The notes under the pieces were generated by a model, which searched no databases, was not told the origin of the DNA, and saw nothing but the letters and a program-made list of their open reading frames with translations. 64,000 nt of DNA from Bigelowiella natans CCMP2755 (Eukaryota; Protista; Cercozoa), in the NCBI GenBank assembly GCA_000320545.1, contig ADNK01002519.1, forward strand, positions 124,001 to 188,000, written 5' to 3'. Shown piece after piece: positions 14,240 through 27,084 of this stretch (positions are counted from its first letter, which is position 1; the number at the start of each line of letters is the position of its first letter). Both the position numbers and the translations under genes were made by a program.

Positions 14240-14976
14240 TCATGTCTTATTTTGTAATATACGTCTCAAACGTCTACTGGCCAGTTATACTTCGTCTTGC
14301 AACTAATTCGCAGGCCTATCTAGCGCACCCAACTAGCCGATGTTGTAGGCATTACGTGGCAGTAAATGCTCAAGATTGAAGCATATAACTAGGCTATGCC
14401 ATGCCTTTGTAGAGCTATTACAGCCTTTGCATACATATATTGTGTCACATATAAGCCAGAGCATCGACGCGCTGCTCACGAGGAGGCAGCGTTCGTACGC
14501 ACTGCTAGACTGTATGCGCTACATTGCCACTTGCGATCGACTACTGGTGGCATCGGGGTACACATACGTCATTATATATCTGCTGCTGCTATGCACCAGC
14601 TAGCTAGCTAGGCGGCTGGCGTTACAAATGCACTGCACGCCCAATTTGCGCCACGTGCAACAATAGACATACATACGTACATATAGTTGCACTAGCCCAC
14701 CGCGCAGCGAGAATATCATGCATGTGCTATGCCAAGGGTGCCTATATATGCAATTTGGTTTGGGACGCTAATTTCAATGAAATGAGCTTCCATCATATGC
14801 AGGAATAGAAAATTCTAAATTAAGTATATTTTAAGAGACTCAGTACCGACTCCAATGACCTTTTAACCATTAGCTAAGCGGGTCCGTAGAGCTATCAGCA
14901 TGACTATACAGCGAATACAAAGCTGAAAACCAAGTATCTTCAAGTTTAGACCCAGTAAAAACAGATTCTGCCAGTA

Positions 14977-16002
14977 TTATGTAACAAATTCAATATCTCG
15001 TTGAAGGGCATAGATTTGTTGGAAAATATCAAAGAATACCTTGCGGAATTTGTACATCATCTACGTGGACGTTACTATCGTCTAAAGGGACCCTACTTCT
15101 TCCTTTCCTTTCGGATCGCATGTGCGACTCTACAACGGCAATCATCAGCTTATATCATATAATTAAAAGTATTGGCTTGCGGTCACCTCTACGTGGTTCT
15201 CGAGAAGCTTTGGAGGTCCTGGCTTCAGCTGCCATGATATGTTGGCAAACAATATTGCTGTCTGTGAGCCACTTTTTCTCACCGTCATCCCAATACCTGG
15301 GATAAATCATTTTAAGTAGATTCCACGAATACATAATTACACAAACATAACCTCCAATTTTTATTGACTCTATCAGGATATCTTTCCTCGCTTTGGACGT
15401 AGAGCCATCCGGATCTTTTGCCAATACGGGAGCCAACAAACCAGAACCTGCAATTCAAACTAATGATTCGAATCCTTTTGCTGTACTGCATACATTATCT
15501 ACCGATTTGGCTTGTAGTAGTACAAGTACCAGTCTCCTTCTATGTGCTTGTAGGCAGAGTATCCATCTTTCGACAATTCCGGCTGTAATTATTGCCCTTT
15601 CAATAAGTTTTTGTCCTCTTTGTTGTTACCACAAGAGATACTGCACACTACCTGCTCAATATATGTTCCCATCCGGGAGGCTTGCAAACCTTTGTGACCT
15701 CCCATTCGAATATACCGTCTCCCAGAACCTTAAATTCCAATCTTTATATAATGTAAGGGATTTGAAAGGGAAGGAAAAAACCTTTATTGACTTTGACATA
15801 TTGCCAAGCATCATTAGCGGAAGATGATCCTTTTTTCCGCGTAGAATTTCCCTGACCAATGTATTCTTACCTTCTGGAATTTTGGATGATACATTAGAGG
15901 CTTACTTTATTGAAGTCGTAATTTACATTAAAGCTTCCATCGCTCTGCTTCGAAACGGAAACCTAATAGATAAATGAATATTATATATTTTATAAATACA
16001 CA

Positions 16003-16041
<39 letters not shown>

Positions 16042-17044
16042 AGACATACATATATACACATACATACATAACTATGTCTGTGAATTAGAGTGAGGCGCAT
16101 CTAATTTCGTCAAATTACCTTATCCGCGTGCTTTCTAGCCACAGAGGCAGCCGCCGCGATATCTTTGCCCGTAACTTTGATTTTTTGTCCCAGAACCTAG
16201 AAAACCCCTCTCTAAAATTCATAGTATTTTTCATAAAGCAAATGTAGCGTACCCCTATGGTGGCCCCAACAGAGAGAGGGTCGGTTAGGATGTTTTGTTC
16301 TTCTGATCTGTAATAGAACCAGTAAGTAAGGCGCATATCATAAAATTGTATGTGTGCAAGCAACCCTTGCTGATCCTGCGCCCAGATTTCCATGAACTTG
16401 CCCATTGCTTCATCCCGTTTTTTAAAACTTACAAAGTAGTATTTAATTTCAGCTGTTTCTATCTGAATGCTATTGGAGTCCATCCCCGGTCTAATGGCCG
16501 TGATCAATTCCAGTGGGATCGTTTTTTTCTGCAAAGAGATCATTCAATAATTCGCTCTTTGTAATGACATAACTTCACCTACCAATTTACGATGGTCGGG
16601 ATCGACAAACGAAATGTGATCTGCGGGAATGATTCAAGAGTTTTTATGCATATCAATTGCCAAGGAGAAAAATAAGGTGGTACTCGTTGATCCATAGAGC
16701 AGGCCTTCGTGAATTGTATTTTTTTTCCCTCCAAAAAAGCCGCTGGAACGAGCAGTTTGCTTCCAACTGCATGTGCAAACTTGAAATAGAGACATAGGTG
16801 AACAAACAAGCAGTATTTATCGAGATAGTGTGCATTACCATGCTTCACTTTCTCCGAAGCATCGAACCCGAAGTACCTACGGAAATTTTCGAGCGCAACT
16901 TCCTTATCCACGTCCCCGTTCCTCGTCCGCGGCGACTTTCGCCTAATCAATGCCAAAACTCATTCAGACCGCGGTCTTAACTTTCGTGGAAAGTTCGAAG
17001 CCAGTGTGGAACAAGCAAATATAGTCTTGGGGGACGAACCACAT
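14977..17044 (-). CDS. GRAM-domain protein with an unrecognised C-terminal region; multi-exon, ends approximate
   Basis: ENFRRYFGFDASEKV...IHEGLLYGST/HISF...KKTIPLELITAIRPGMDSNSIQIETAEIKYYFVSFKKRDEAMGKFMEIW is a GRAM signature. Downstream exons splice through to DIEFVT*. Confidence 0.65.
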
Positions 17045-17591
17045 CTCTGAAGTGCCGTTCTGGTGACACTATTCTGGTCACACTATCGTAGCCAGCTCTC
17101 TTTCTTTCCCTCAGTTCTATCCTTCAGCACTTGGAGCTGTGCCACTTTACTCGCTCTTCACAGGTATGAGCCATTTTTAAGCTAAATAATGCCAAAGGTT
17201 GAAGCATCTATCCAGAAATCTCTTTACTTTCGATCTCCTTCGAAAAGCCGAAAAACAAGTTGTGTTGAATTTCAGCCTGGTTAAAATTAAACTTCTTCAA
17301 TATTGAAAAATCCTCCATATTTGACCTGCACAATATTGCATATTCGTTGACGTAGGAAGGAGAATGTCATTGGAGCATTTTCCAGAAAATACACACGAAC
17401 CGAGAAGAATTTAAATAAAAGGCAGGGGATATTCATCTACCGAAAAAATAAAAATAATATATTCGTCAACGGTCAGGAGCTTTCTTGACAAACGATACAT
17501 CAAGACCACCCCCTACGACGAAAACACAGCAGCGCCCCAATCCTCTTCTTCGCTCTTTCCTTTTAATTCCGACCAAGACAAAACAAAAGCG

Positions 17592-17685
17592 ATGGAAATT
17601 GTTGTAATCCGGAAGAATGGTACCATGGGACCAGGATATCCGGTTCGGAAGAGGAGTACCGTCTTCGGAAACGGAAAGTATTAAA

Positions 17686-17776
<91 letters not shown>

Positions 17777-20700
17777 CGTGTGTGTGTGTGTTTGCAAGTC
17801 TTTCGAGATTGTCAACCTCCTGACTGATTGATACTTTCTAGGGGAACCAAGTGTGATATCAAGGTTCGTCTTCCAACCATTACTCCTGAACACTGTGAGT
17901 TGGTCATGGATGAGAACAACAAGGTAGTTTCAGCCTTCATCATACAGGACTTAGATTAACACTCCTTCACTCTTTAGGTTTGGTTAAGGAGCATGAGTAC
18001 GGGTAGCACGTATGTGAACGACGAACTTGTGTCTGAAGAACGGGAAGTTATAATTGGGGATGTTATCAAAATTGGGAGTCGTGAGTGTAGCCGTGGGTTC
18101 AAACTCAAGAAACACAAGGGTATCAAGTTATTGAAATTCCGACAGACGCCCATTAAAGGCCCTCGGAATCCCCGAACTGATAAGTCGAAACCTCTTAGAA
18201 GTATTCTCAAAACTAAGGGAGGAAATGGAATTGCAAAGACAAATTCTAAAGTTATAGTGACCCTGAGTTCGCCGGATACAAAACCACGATCGATGCTTCG
18301 AAGGGGATTGGGAACTCCGGGCCGACTTGGTACCCCGTCGCGCGTACGGGTGTTCAGCAAGGCTCTAAGTACCCCTCAGAGAATCAAAATGAAGAAAAAT
18401 CAAGACGGAAAGGACAAGAAGAAAAGTAACAAGCCTGTCATTTCTCAAACCAACTTCGTTGCATTGGAAAAGCCAAGATCACGTGTAAAATCTTCGACAC
18501 CTCTCCGTGTCTCTTCAGCTTCGGTTGCTGAAATCCAGGAAAAAGTCACGCCTCCGCTCGCAAAACCAACTACAAACTTGGAAATCAAATCTTCCCCAAG
18601 AGTTCTAATGAATAATTTTATGGAAGTTGCTGAACCACAGCAAAAACCGACTGAGGTTAAGCAGTCGGAAGAAAATTCTTCAAGGCAGGAACTCACAGGA
18701 GTATCTCCACAAATTGGAGAAGCAGTGGCATCGTTGCCTAGCATATCAGAAGAACGAGTAGAGAATAGTGTCAAATTTACTTCCGAGAAGATACATTTTG
18801 AAGACTTGTCTCCAGAAGAGCAAAAAATTATCCAGCAATATGAGGCTGAGATTACAATCGAGGATGTCGATGATGACGATATTACAGAAGGGGGGGAATC
18901 TGTAGGCGAAGAATTCAAAGATGATGATTTTGCTATTTTTGACAATGAAGTAACTGCTGATAAAGATTTTGAACTTTTTCAAAAAGCTAGAATGGAAGAA
19001 AAGAAAGTTTTGTTAACAACTCCGTTGAAAAGGGCGATCAAGTCCTTCACGCGAAAGGAGCGCCCCCAAGTAAAAAAACCTTTGCATACTCCGCTAAAGA
19101 AAGAATTGATGCAACGTACTAAGAGCAGAGCTCCCATTCCTCAACCAAAGAAAGTCTTGGAGACTCCTTTGAAGAAAGAGCTTATGAAGCAAAGCAAGCT
19201 GAAGCGATCTATGCGCGAGAAGAAGAAAGTTCTCAATACGCCAATGAAGAAAGAGCTTATGAAGCAAAGCAAGCAGAGACAATCCATGCGCGAGAAGAAA
19301 AAGGTTAAGCAAGTTCTCAACACGCCAATGAAGAACGAACTCATCAATCGCAGCCAGAACAGAGCTCCCATGCCTCAACCAAAGAAAGTCTTGGAGACTC
19401 CTTTGAAGAAAGAGCTTATGAAGCAAAGCAAGCAGAGACAATCCATGCGCGAGAAGAAAAAGGTTAAGCAAGTTCTCAACACGCCAATGAAGAACGAACT
19501 CATCAATCGCAGCCAGAACAGAGCTCCTATGCCTCAACCAAAGAAAGTCTTGGAGACTCCTTTGAAGAAAGAGCTTATGAAGCAAAGCAAGCAGAGACGA
19601 TCCATGCGCGAGAAGAAAAAGGTTAAGAAAGTCTTGGAGACTCCTTTGAAGAAAGAGCTTATGAAGCAAAGCAAGCTGAAGCGATCTATGCGCGAGAAGA
19701 AGAAAGTTCTCAATACGCCAATGAAGAAAGAGCTTATGAAGCAAAGCAAGCAGAGACAATCCATGCGCGAGAAGAAAAAGGTTAAGCAAGTTCTCAACAC
19801 GCCAATGAAGAACGAACTCATCAATCGCAGCCAGAACAGAGCTCCCATGCCTCAACCAAAGAAAGTCTTGGAGACTCCTTTGAAGAAAGAGCTTATGAAG
19901 CAAAGCAAGCTGAAGCGATCTATGCGCGAGAAGAAGAAAGTTCTCAATACGCCAATGAAGAAAGAGCTTATGAAGCAAAGCAAGCAGAGACGATCCATGC
20001 GCGAGAAGAAAAAGGTTAAGCAAGTTCTCAACACGCCAATGAAGAACGAACTCATCAATCGCAGCCAGAACAGAGCTCCTATGCCTCAACCAAAGAAAGT
20101 ACTTACGACTCCTTTGAAGAAGCAAATCCAATCATATGAGCATCAACCAAAACCTGAAATGAAAAAAATGGAGACTCCTCTAAGAAATAGTATTGTTACG
20201 AGGGCCAACCGTCGTAAACCTGCACCAGAGATGAAGAAGGTGTTGAGTACACCTCTAAGAAATGACATCCGAAAAAATAAGCGTAAAAGTATTCCAAAGC
20301 CGAAAAAGGTACTTTCTACTCCCCTCAGAAAGGCTATAGAGTCCATTGAGCCAAGACCTGAAATGAAGATCATGGATCAAATATTACAAAAGAGCATCAT
20401 ATCAAAAAGTAAATCCCGTAGAGTGCGAACTGAAATAAAGAAAGTTTTGCCCACTCCACTGAAGAAAGATATTAAAGAGTTTGAGCGCCCACCAATTCAA
20501 GCGAAACCTGTTGATCAGTCGCAGAAAATCATAGATTCTAAATCAAAGGCAGATGAAAATGAGGCAACTACGTCAAAACCAGTGGCGTCTGCTCCCAGTA
20601 TTGAAGAGCTCAGTAAACTTCGAGTCGTAGACCTCAGAGCAAAGATGTCGAAGCTGAACTTAAATAAGAAAGGCAGAAAGGCCGAACTTGTAAAAAGGCT

Positions 20701-21079
20701 ACATGAGTACTATTCGGTGCAATTATCTATACCCTCACAGAACACTGAGTGTGAAAATGACGTCGAATCCACTCAGCAATCAACCGTTGAGTCCAATGTT
20801 GTTGAAACTGTCGCAGAAGAGCACAATGAAGAAACACAAGATAACCGAACTAAAAAAGACCTTCAAAAGCTTCGCGTGGTTGATCTACGGGCAGAATTGA
20901 AAGAAAAGGGTCTGGATACAAAAGGACTGAAAAGAGTTCTTATTGAGAGACTCTATAAGCATATCCATGGACAAAGTTCTACTTCTTCAACAGATACTGA
21001 AGAAGCTTCAAACCAGAAAACACTCAACATGCCTTCGAAGAGAATGACGAGGTCGAGAAGTGCAAAAATGAGGAAATAG
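17592..21079 (+). CDS. Ki-67-like protein: N-terminal FHA, long basic TP(L/M)K repeat region, two C-terminal SAP domains; exons 17592-17677, 17842-17923, 17978-21079
   Basis: Three GT-AG exons join in frame: MEIVVIRKNGTMGPGYPVRKRSTVFGNGKGTKCDIKVRLPTITPEHCELVMDENNKVWLRSMSTGSTYVNDELVSEEREVIIGDVIKIGSR (FHA). The C-terminus has SAP motifs LRVVDLRAKMSKLNLNKKGRKAELVKRL and LRVVDLRAELKEKGLDTKGLKRVLIERL. Confidence 0.85.
17687..17791. repeat. Compound (CA)n(TA)n(TG)n microsatellite in intron 1 of the Ki-67-like gene
   Basis: Seen directly; the CA and TG arms flank a TA core, so it is self-complementary. Confidence 0.95.
19094..20131 (+). repeat. Coding tandem array of near-identical ~75-84 bp units encoding 25-28 aa TPxK repeats
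   Basis: Three unit types recur with near-perfect DNA identity in shuffled order: KKVLETPLKKELMKQSK..SMREK, KKVLNTPMKKELMKQSKQRQSMREKKKV and KQVLNTPMKNELINRSQNRAPMPQP. Confidence 0.95.
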
Positions 21080-21643
21080 AATTTTTCTCTGACAAACATC
21101 TTGGAAGTACCTGCAAATTGTCTTTTTATATTAGCGTCCTGTGTGTAAATTTAATTGGGAAAATCGATGACAGCAATCATGACAGCAAAGTTTACAGTAA
21201 TTACTATTTTCGATTCTTGTTAGTAGTCATATCTTCTCTTGTCGCGTGTCGATAGTCATAAATCGCTACGTAACGCGATTCTGTCTGTACCTTGCTAGAC
21301 ACCTTGTGATGCAACGATGCGCGAAAAAGTGCAAGTGATACGTGAGCCATATATGTAGCGCACGTACTCAATCGCAAGCCAGCACCAAGCAAATGCTTGT
21401 GAGAGTAGTGGTACATCGCGGCGGCTGCATGGCTAGATCGACGGCATGCTAGCATAGCTACGCTAGCTAGATGGATGGTCGTCCCACGCTAGCACGCTAG
21501 CACGGCCGGTCGCTAGCGCTGCAGCGCTTCTAGCATCATCCGCTCTAGCTATCTAGCTATAGCTAATATATAGCTAGATAGCTAGCTAGCTAGCGCAAAG
21601 CACAGCCTGGCTAGCTGGCCTGCTAACTAGCTAGGCTAGTAGG

Positions 21644-21817
21644 GCCTGCCACTGCGTGGGGAACTATAGGATCGGAGGCTGTCTAGCTGTGGCTCTATCA
21701 GCCTGCTAGCCTGCGGTCAATGTAGCTAGCTAGCTAGAGCCTGCCACTGCGTGGGGAACTAGAGGATCGGAGGCTGTCTAGCTGTGGCTCTAGCAGCCTG
21801 CTAGCCTGCGGTCAATG
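21644..21817. repeat. Direct repeat of 79 bp, two copies (21644-21722 and 21739-21817)
   Basis: gcctgccactgcgtggggaact...ggatcggaggctgtctagctgtggctcta.cagcctgctagcctgcggtcaatg occurs twice with few differences; period 95 bp. Confidence 0.95.
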
Positions 21818-22752
21818 CTAGAATGCTGCACGCTAGCAGATGCTAGAGATGGGTAGAGCAGACCATGGCTTTTCTAGTTTTGAGCTTATGTCACTCTAGC
21901 TTGCTATGGTCTAGCAGTACTAGCTAGGTAGCCAACGTGCTAGCGTGGGACATGACAACAATACATCGACTCACGTTGCACACACTGCTAGACTGGCTAG
22001 CTGGTCTAGTGCATGGCAAATGCACATACTGTTGCACAGGGACTTGCAAGTCCATGTGCGTGTACGCGCGCATGTGAACACATGTACCCACACATTCCAG
22101 GTGCACTAAAAAAGCACACATGCTCTCTTCACAACCACACATGCACCAAACAAATCACGACACATGTGCTTGTAATGAACTATGTGCATAGCTAGATAGC
22201 TAGACAGATGTGTGCAAGGCAAAAGGATCAAGAGCTGCACACACACACACACACGCACACACAGTGTGTTCATCATTGACATCTAGTCATTGGAGTACAT
22301 GCATGTCATGTAACATAGCTACACGCATCCATCTAGCTATCTAGCTATGCTAGATGTAGATACATCTCGATGTGTACCGTCCATCGCAGATCTGCTTCAA
22401 TCGTACTCTGCAGTGCTCGTAGTAGTGCATGGGTAGCGAGGTCTAGATCGAGATGGTTGCCAGAAAAACGTGCATGCAAAACGCCAGCAATGGCACAGCA
22501 ACTGTGCTTACTCAGCTAGTCAGTCGCAAAATGCACAGGCATAGTTTTAACAAATGAAAGATTAACAAACATAATAGCGCGCACTGAACACATCGCAACC
22601 GTTACATTGCTAGGTTTGCATTCGCGATGATCATTGGAAGCTATGCAAACAAACTTCTGATTAACATCTGGTCCATCTTATGCACACACATGCTAAATTC
22701 AGATATATCTAGACATATCTAGACATACACACGCACACACGCACACACATAA

Positions 22753-22794
<42 letters not shown>

Positions 22795-22840
22795 GTTGAG
22801 TAAATTTGAGTAAATATCTATAAAAAGAACTTAGTACTAT

Positions 22841-23370
22841 CTAGATGAAACGTATTTGGGTTTGATGCCAACCAACTGAGCCCTTATGACGATCGAACAA
22901 GTCTTTTATACCCTTCAACAGACGTGCGTGCACTTCTTGAACGTGCTATGATAAACATAACACAAGCTAATATTAGAAGTTGAGAAAAGGAAAACGCGTA
23001 GGTATATTAAGACGAGCAGATGCAACAAAATAACCCACATGGTCCTCGATGTCCTCGTTTCTCATTTTTTCAACTTTGATGGCCTTACCACAAAGAAGGG
23101 TGATATTGTACCGGCGTGGAATTGGCAAGTACCACCTATCACAACAAGAACACACATATAATCAAGGGACTACTAGCATATTCATTGAAATTTTGAGTTG
23201 TGTTATCGCATATTTCGTAAAACCACCTGCCCCAGAACACCAAGAACGATGCTTTGGCCCTTCGACTTAAAAACTCCATTATACCAAGTGAATCAAACCT
23301 AAACAGTATCATGGTAACTCGATGCTGCTAAGATGTCCACATGATGACGGCGACAACGATGATGATAATT

Positions 23371-23402
<32 letters not shown>

Positions 23403-23514
23403 AGTGATTGTGTGATTAACCATGGTGTGAAGATCTTGGTATTTCCGATCGAATAAGCAGGAACTACTGTTACTCCTGTACCCGATGAACCAATTATGTT
23501 TGTATGCAAAAATA

Positions 23515-23549
<35 letters not shown>

Positions 23550-24012
23550 GTGTGTGTATATATTTTATTGCGACAAAGTATTGCATCCTGAGATTCAAAT
23601 AATATTATGACAGGATACAAAACGAAATTATCGAATCACAACTGTGCCGTAGAACAAATATCATTGATGTATTACAGACCCTGCAAAATTTTGTGAGATG
23701 ATATTATTTCAAAAATCCTGAAAACATTGAAACGGATTTTGGAATAATTAGATAATGTATCTTCGCATCAACCAGTTCTAAGAGCAAACTTTGCTAACCC
23801 CATCCTTCTTTGTAGAAAGACAACCTGATATCATTAAAAGAACCTGTAACTGATGACCAGGTAAGATATCAGCAGCGGCAGCAGCAGTAGTGTATCTCCT
23901 CCTGTGTTTACTATAGTACCTCATCGTCTTTCCCCGTTTTGAACATTCCCGCAATGCCGTCAGGAACAATACCTACGCACACCCCCTGATATATACAGTA
24001 TAAGAGAAGTGC

Positions 24013-24044
<32 letters not shown>

Positions 24045-25406
24045 CAGTAGTACCCAAAATAATTAGACCAATCAGATTCTGTTTGGTAAATTCTCTCAGT
24101 GTCAAAAGGAATGAGACTTCATTATATTGCGAGTATTCACCTCGCCTGTAGTCTTTTGTAACGTTTTCCCAGAAACATCGACCATTCCCCCAAACAACGA
24201 CATGTACCTATTTCAAGAATCCCATCAATTTAAGAACAGAATATAAAGAAAAAGATAAAGAAATGATGCATATAAATACAAACACACACTTTTAACATAT
24301 TATAGATAGACCATAGATACTAATCTCCCTATTGTCCCTGTTGGATGATCGTATCTGGTAAGTATTCATTATCTTTATCACTGCCCTCTTCTCCCTTTTC
24401 GTTTATACCTTAGGAAGGGCGTGTTAAGGACCACACTAGCAGCGCCGCCAACAAACGGCCTTGCGAAAAGGTTGATTCCCTGATCGATTAGCATAACCAC
24501 AACAAGTATTTGGTGCTAAAGTATAGCTATTTATGAAATATAAATGAAACAACAATTGAATTTACTAACCAGCATGCTAACTATGTTAGCAATCGGTAGA
24601 ACACCGTGAGGTCCACTTGCACCTACCCTGGTCAAATAACAACATCTCCATGAATACGAAACATCTCTTTGACGAAGGAACCGTCAAGATTAAGAAATAT
24701 CGCATATGATCGAAATAACATGACCATGCGGAGTTCTTTTGATCGGACATTTCGATGTCCTCGATAATCATTCGAAATGAGAAGTATCTGTAACAAGTAT
24801 GTGAAATATGTCAAGTTATGGCGACTCTCGTAGCTGCTTGGTTGCAACAATAGCAACTACTTGTAAATTGCCAGACTGAATTTCGACTGGATAAGGCCCT
24901 GGTAAAATTTGGGTATGGGATGGAATGCTAGAATAGCCATTACGATCATGAACTTTGCCCATGATAAATAGGATCCGTATGCAATGAGGTAGAGGCCTGG
25001 TACAGTATCGATCAGTCAGTTGCATTATGTGAGTTAGCACCCTACAGCAGCTTCAAAGTGTGATAAATACCTATGAAGAAGGAGATTATAGGCCCCCCCA
25101 TCATCACACTGAAGAAGGCCACAACCATCACTTCCTCAAGGAAGGAAATATCAGCAGATTCCGTTAAAGACCCTTTGGGAAACCCGTCGGGGCTTTTAGT
25201 TGATTTCATGAGCTTTCGACAGACCCTTCATTATTGATATCAATGTGTAAATATTCTGCATGGATCTTAATTAGACACAGTAGCACGAATTGTGCGGTAC
25301 TTCTTCCTTTCTTCCAGAGGCATTCCCAGCAAATCTTCCGGCACCTTGAAGAACTCCATGAGAAATGTTTCCTTCCCTCCTTCCGCACCTGACTTCTCCT
25401 CTTCAT
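22841..25406 (-). CDS. DGAT2: Diacylglycerol O-acyltransferase type 2 (DAGAT family); multi-exon, 5' end approximate
   Basis: Spliced exons give YFSFRM, GPHGVLPIANI (HPHG-type motif), GGAASVVLNTPFLR, VGIVPDGIAGMF, VVFLQRRMGLAKFALRTG, VTVVPAYSIGNT, FWGR-WYLPIPRR...GKAI and HARLLKGIKDLFDRHK. Confidence 0.85.
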
Positions 25407-25879
25407 CCGATTTATTCTGAACTTTTGACTCTTTCATTGCAAAGCGATTTGTAATATGCTCTAGCGTAGGTGTCTTCCTCCTCCCCCTCCCGGAAAGAAA
25501 GGACTCAAGCAGATATCTGCGCTACTCGGTCCTTTTTTCTCCTCCTAATCCGTCGCCGTTCGTGCCATTTTTAGCATATTTTACCATGTCGCAGGGTTAT
25601 TTCGTAGGATATTTACGATGAATGAAAGCACCAAGATATATTTCCATGTCGTAGTTCATAAATGGCCGAGGTTTTTCCGACGTATTTCCTCCATCGGCAA
25701 CTGGCATCAGCGAGTGGCGTCTTTCCCCCTCACCGTCGGCATCATCGTCTGGATCTGCGATCGAAAGAGCGCGGCAAAGGCGCCTCCCGTCCGCCCATCG
25801 AGGGTTTTCAGCCGGATGATTCTTCTACTATCGTCGTCTTTACTTACATAGCCCCGTATCTCCCCTGCTTGTCGTTCTC

Positions 25880-27036
25880 ATGAGAAAGCAAATGATGTTC
25901 CACTCCTCTTCCAACTCCTCATCCTCCTCCTCCTCCCCCTCTCGTGCTCCACCACCATCCCTGGAATCGTTACATACCGTCTTTCAAGTAAGAACTTTAA
26001 AATTATCATAGAAATAAGAGAATTCTGAAAGATAACATGCTTCGATAATACATACTTTTCAAGGCGATGGAGACCTTGGTATCTCCCCAATCAGCTCCCC
26101 AGAGCATACAGAAGGTGGGTGCACTACTACGCTCATAAATAAACAACGACCCAGAGCAAATCAACAGCTGGGGGAAGTTGATGGGGTTTGCTGTTCGATC
26201 AGGCCAACCAATATTTGAGCAAGCTTCAAGAGAGTGATGGGGCTTGGAATGTGTGTGGCAAGGTGACTTGCTACGCGTGTTACGAATATGACTGTGAAAC
26301 ATTCAAAAGATAAACAAAGGATCTGAAAACTTATCATGAAGACGTCAATCATTTTATTCCGCGATGCGGACGCTTAGTAAAAATATATTCCACGCGCAAG
26401 TAGTTTACAGGGCATTTAAGGCATTTCTATTCTGCACGGATATTTTCATCTGATTAATACTAATCACTGAGGGCGCTATATTTGATTCAGGTTTTGACTT
26501 TCAATCCTCCCTTATTTGCACCATTACCGCCACAAAACCCATTGCATCAAAACTCTCATCAATATCGTCGAATCTGGAGTCAAAAGTTGCGTGTATTTGA
26601 GCTCTCTGCGCAAATTCTCCTACAAAAAGCTAAGTATAAGCATTATCGAAAGTAAGTTGGGTTAACAACACACATACTTAACATATTCACTCGGAGTATG
26701 CTCATAGAAGGATTTCTGAATTCGAAACTAAAATGCAGGTTGGAATGGAAAGTACAGATGTCGCTGCTGGACCAATTAGCTTATGTCGTTCGAAGCCTTT
26801 CTGCTTGTTGCACACCGACACCAAATACAACCGAATCTTCCAAAACATCTCCTTTTAAAATGTCTTCAACTGGACAAGCAAGTAGTAGCAGCAGCAGCAG
26901 CGAAAAAATCATTATAGGAGCAGACATTCTCACCTGTATTGGGAACGGTATCTCTCGAACAACCGATTTATCATGGAATAAAGCTGTATCTTCCACTGCC
27001 TCTGCTCTGGCGTCCATGGTGATGGAAATAGGTACG

Positions 27037-27084
<48 letters not shown>

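Noticed and set aside
19094-20131. 345-aa antisense ORF and CRISPR-like periodicity
   Set aside because: It is the shadow of the coding repeat on the + strand; there are no unique spacers and no cas genes.
21648-21663. GCCACTG...GGGAA, resembling part of a cobalamin riboswitch
   Set aside because: The other conserved elements are absent, and it sits in a duplicated 3' spacer.
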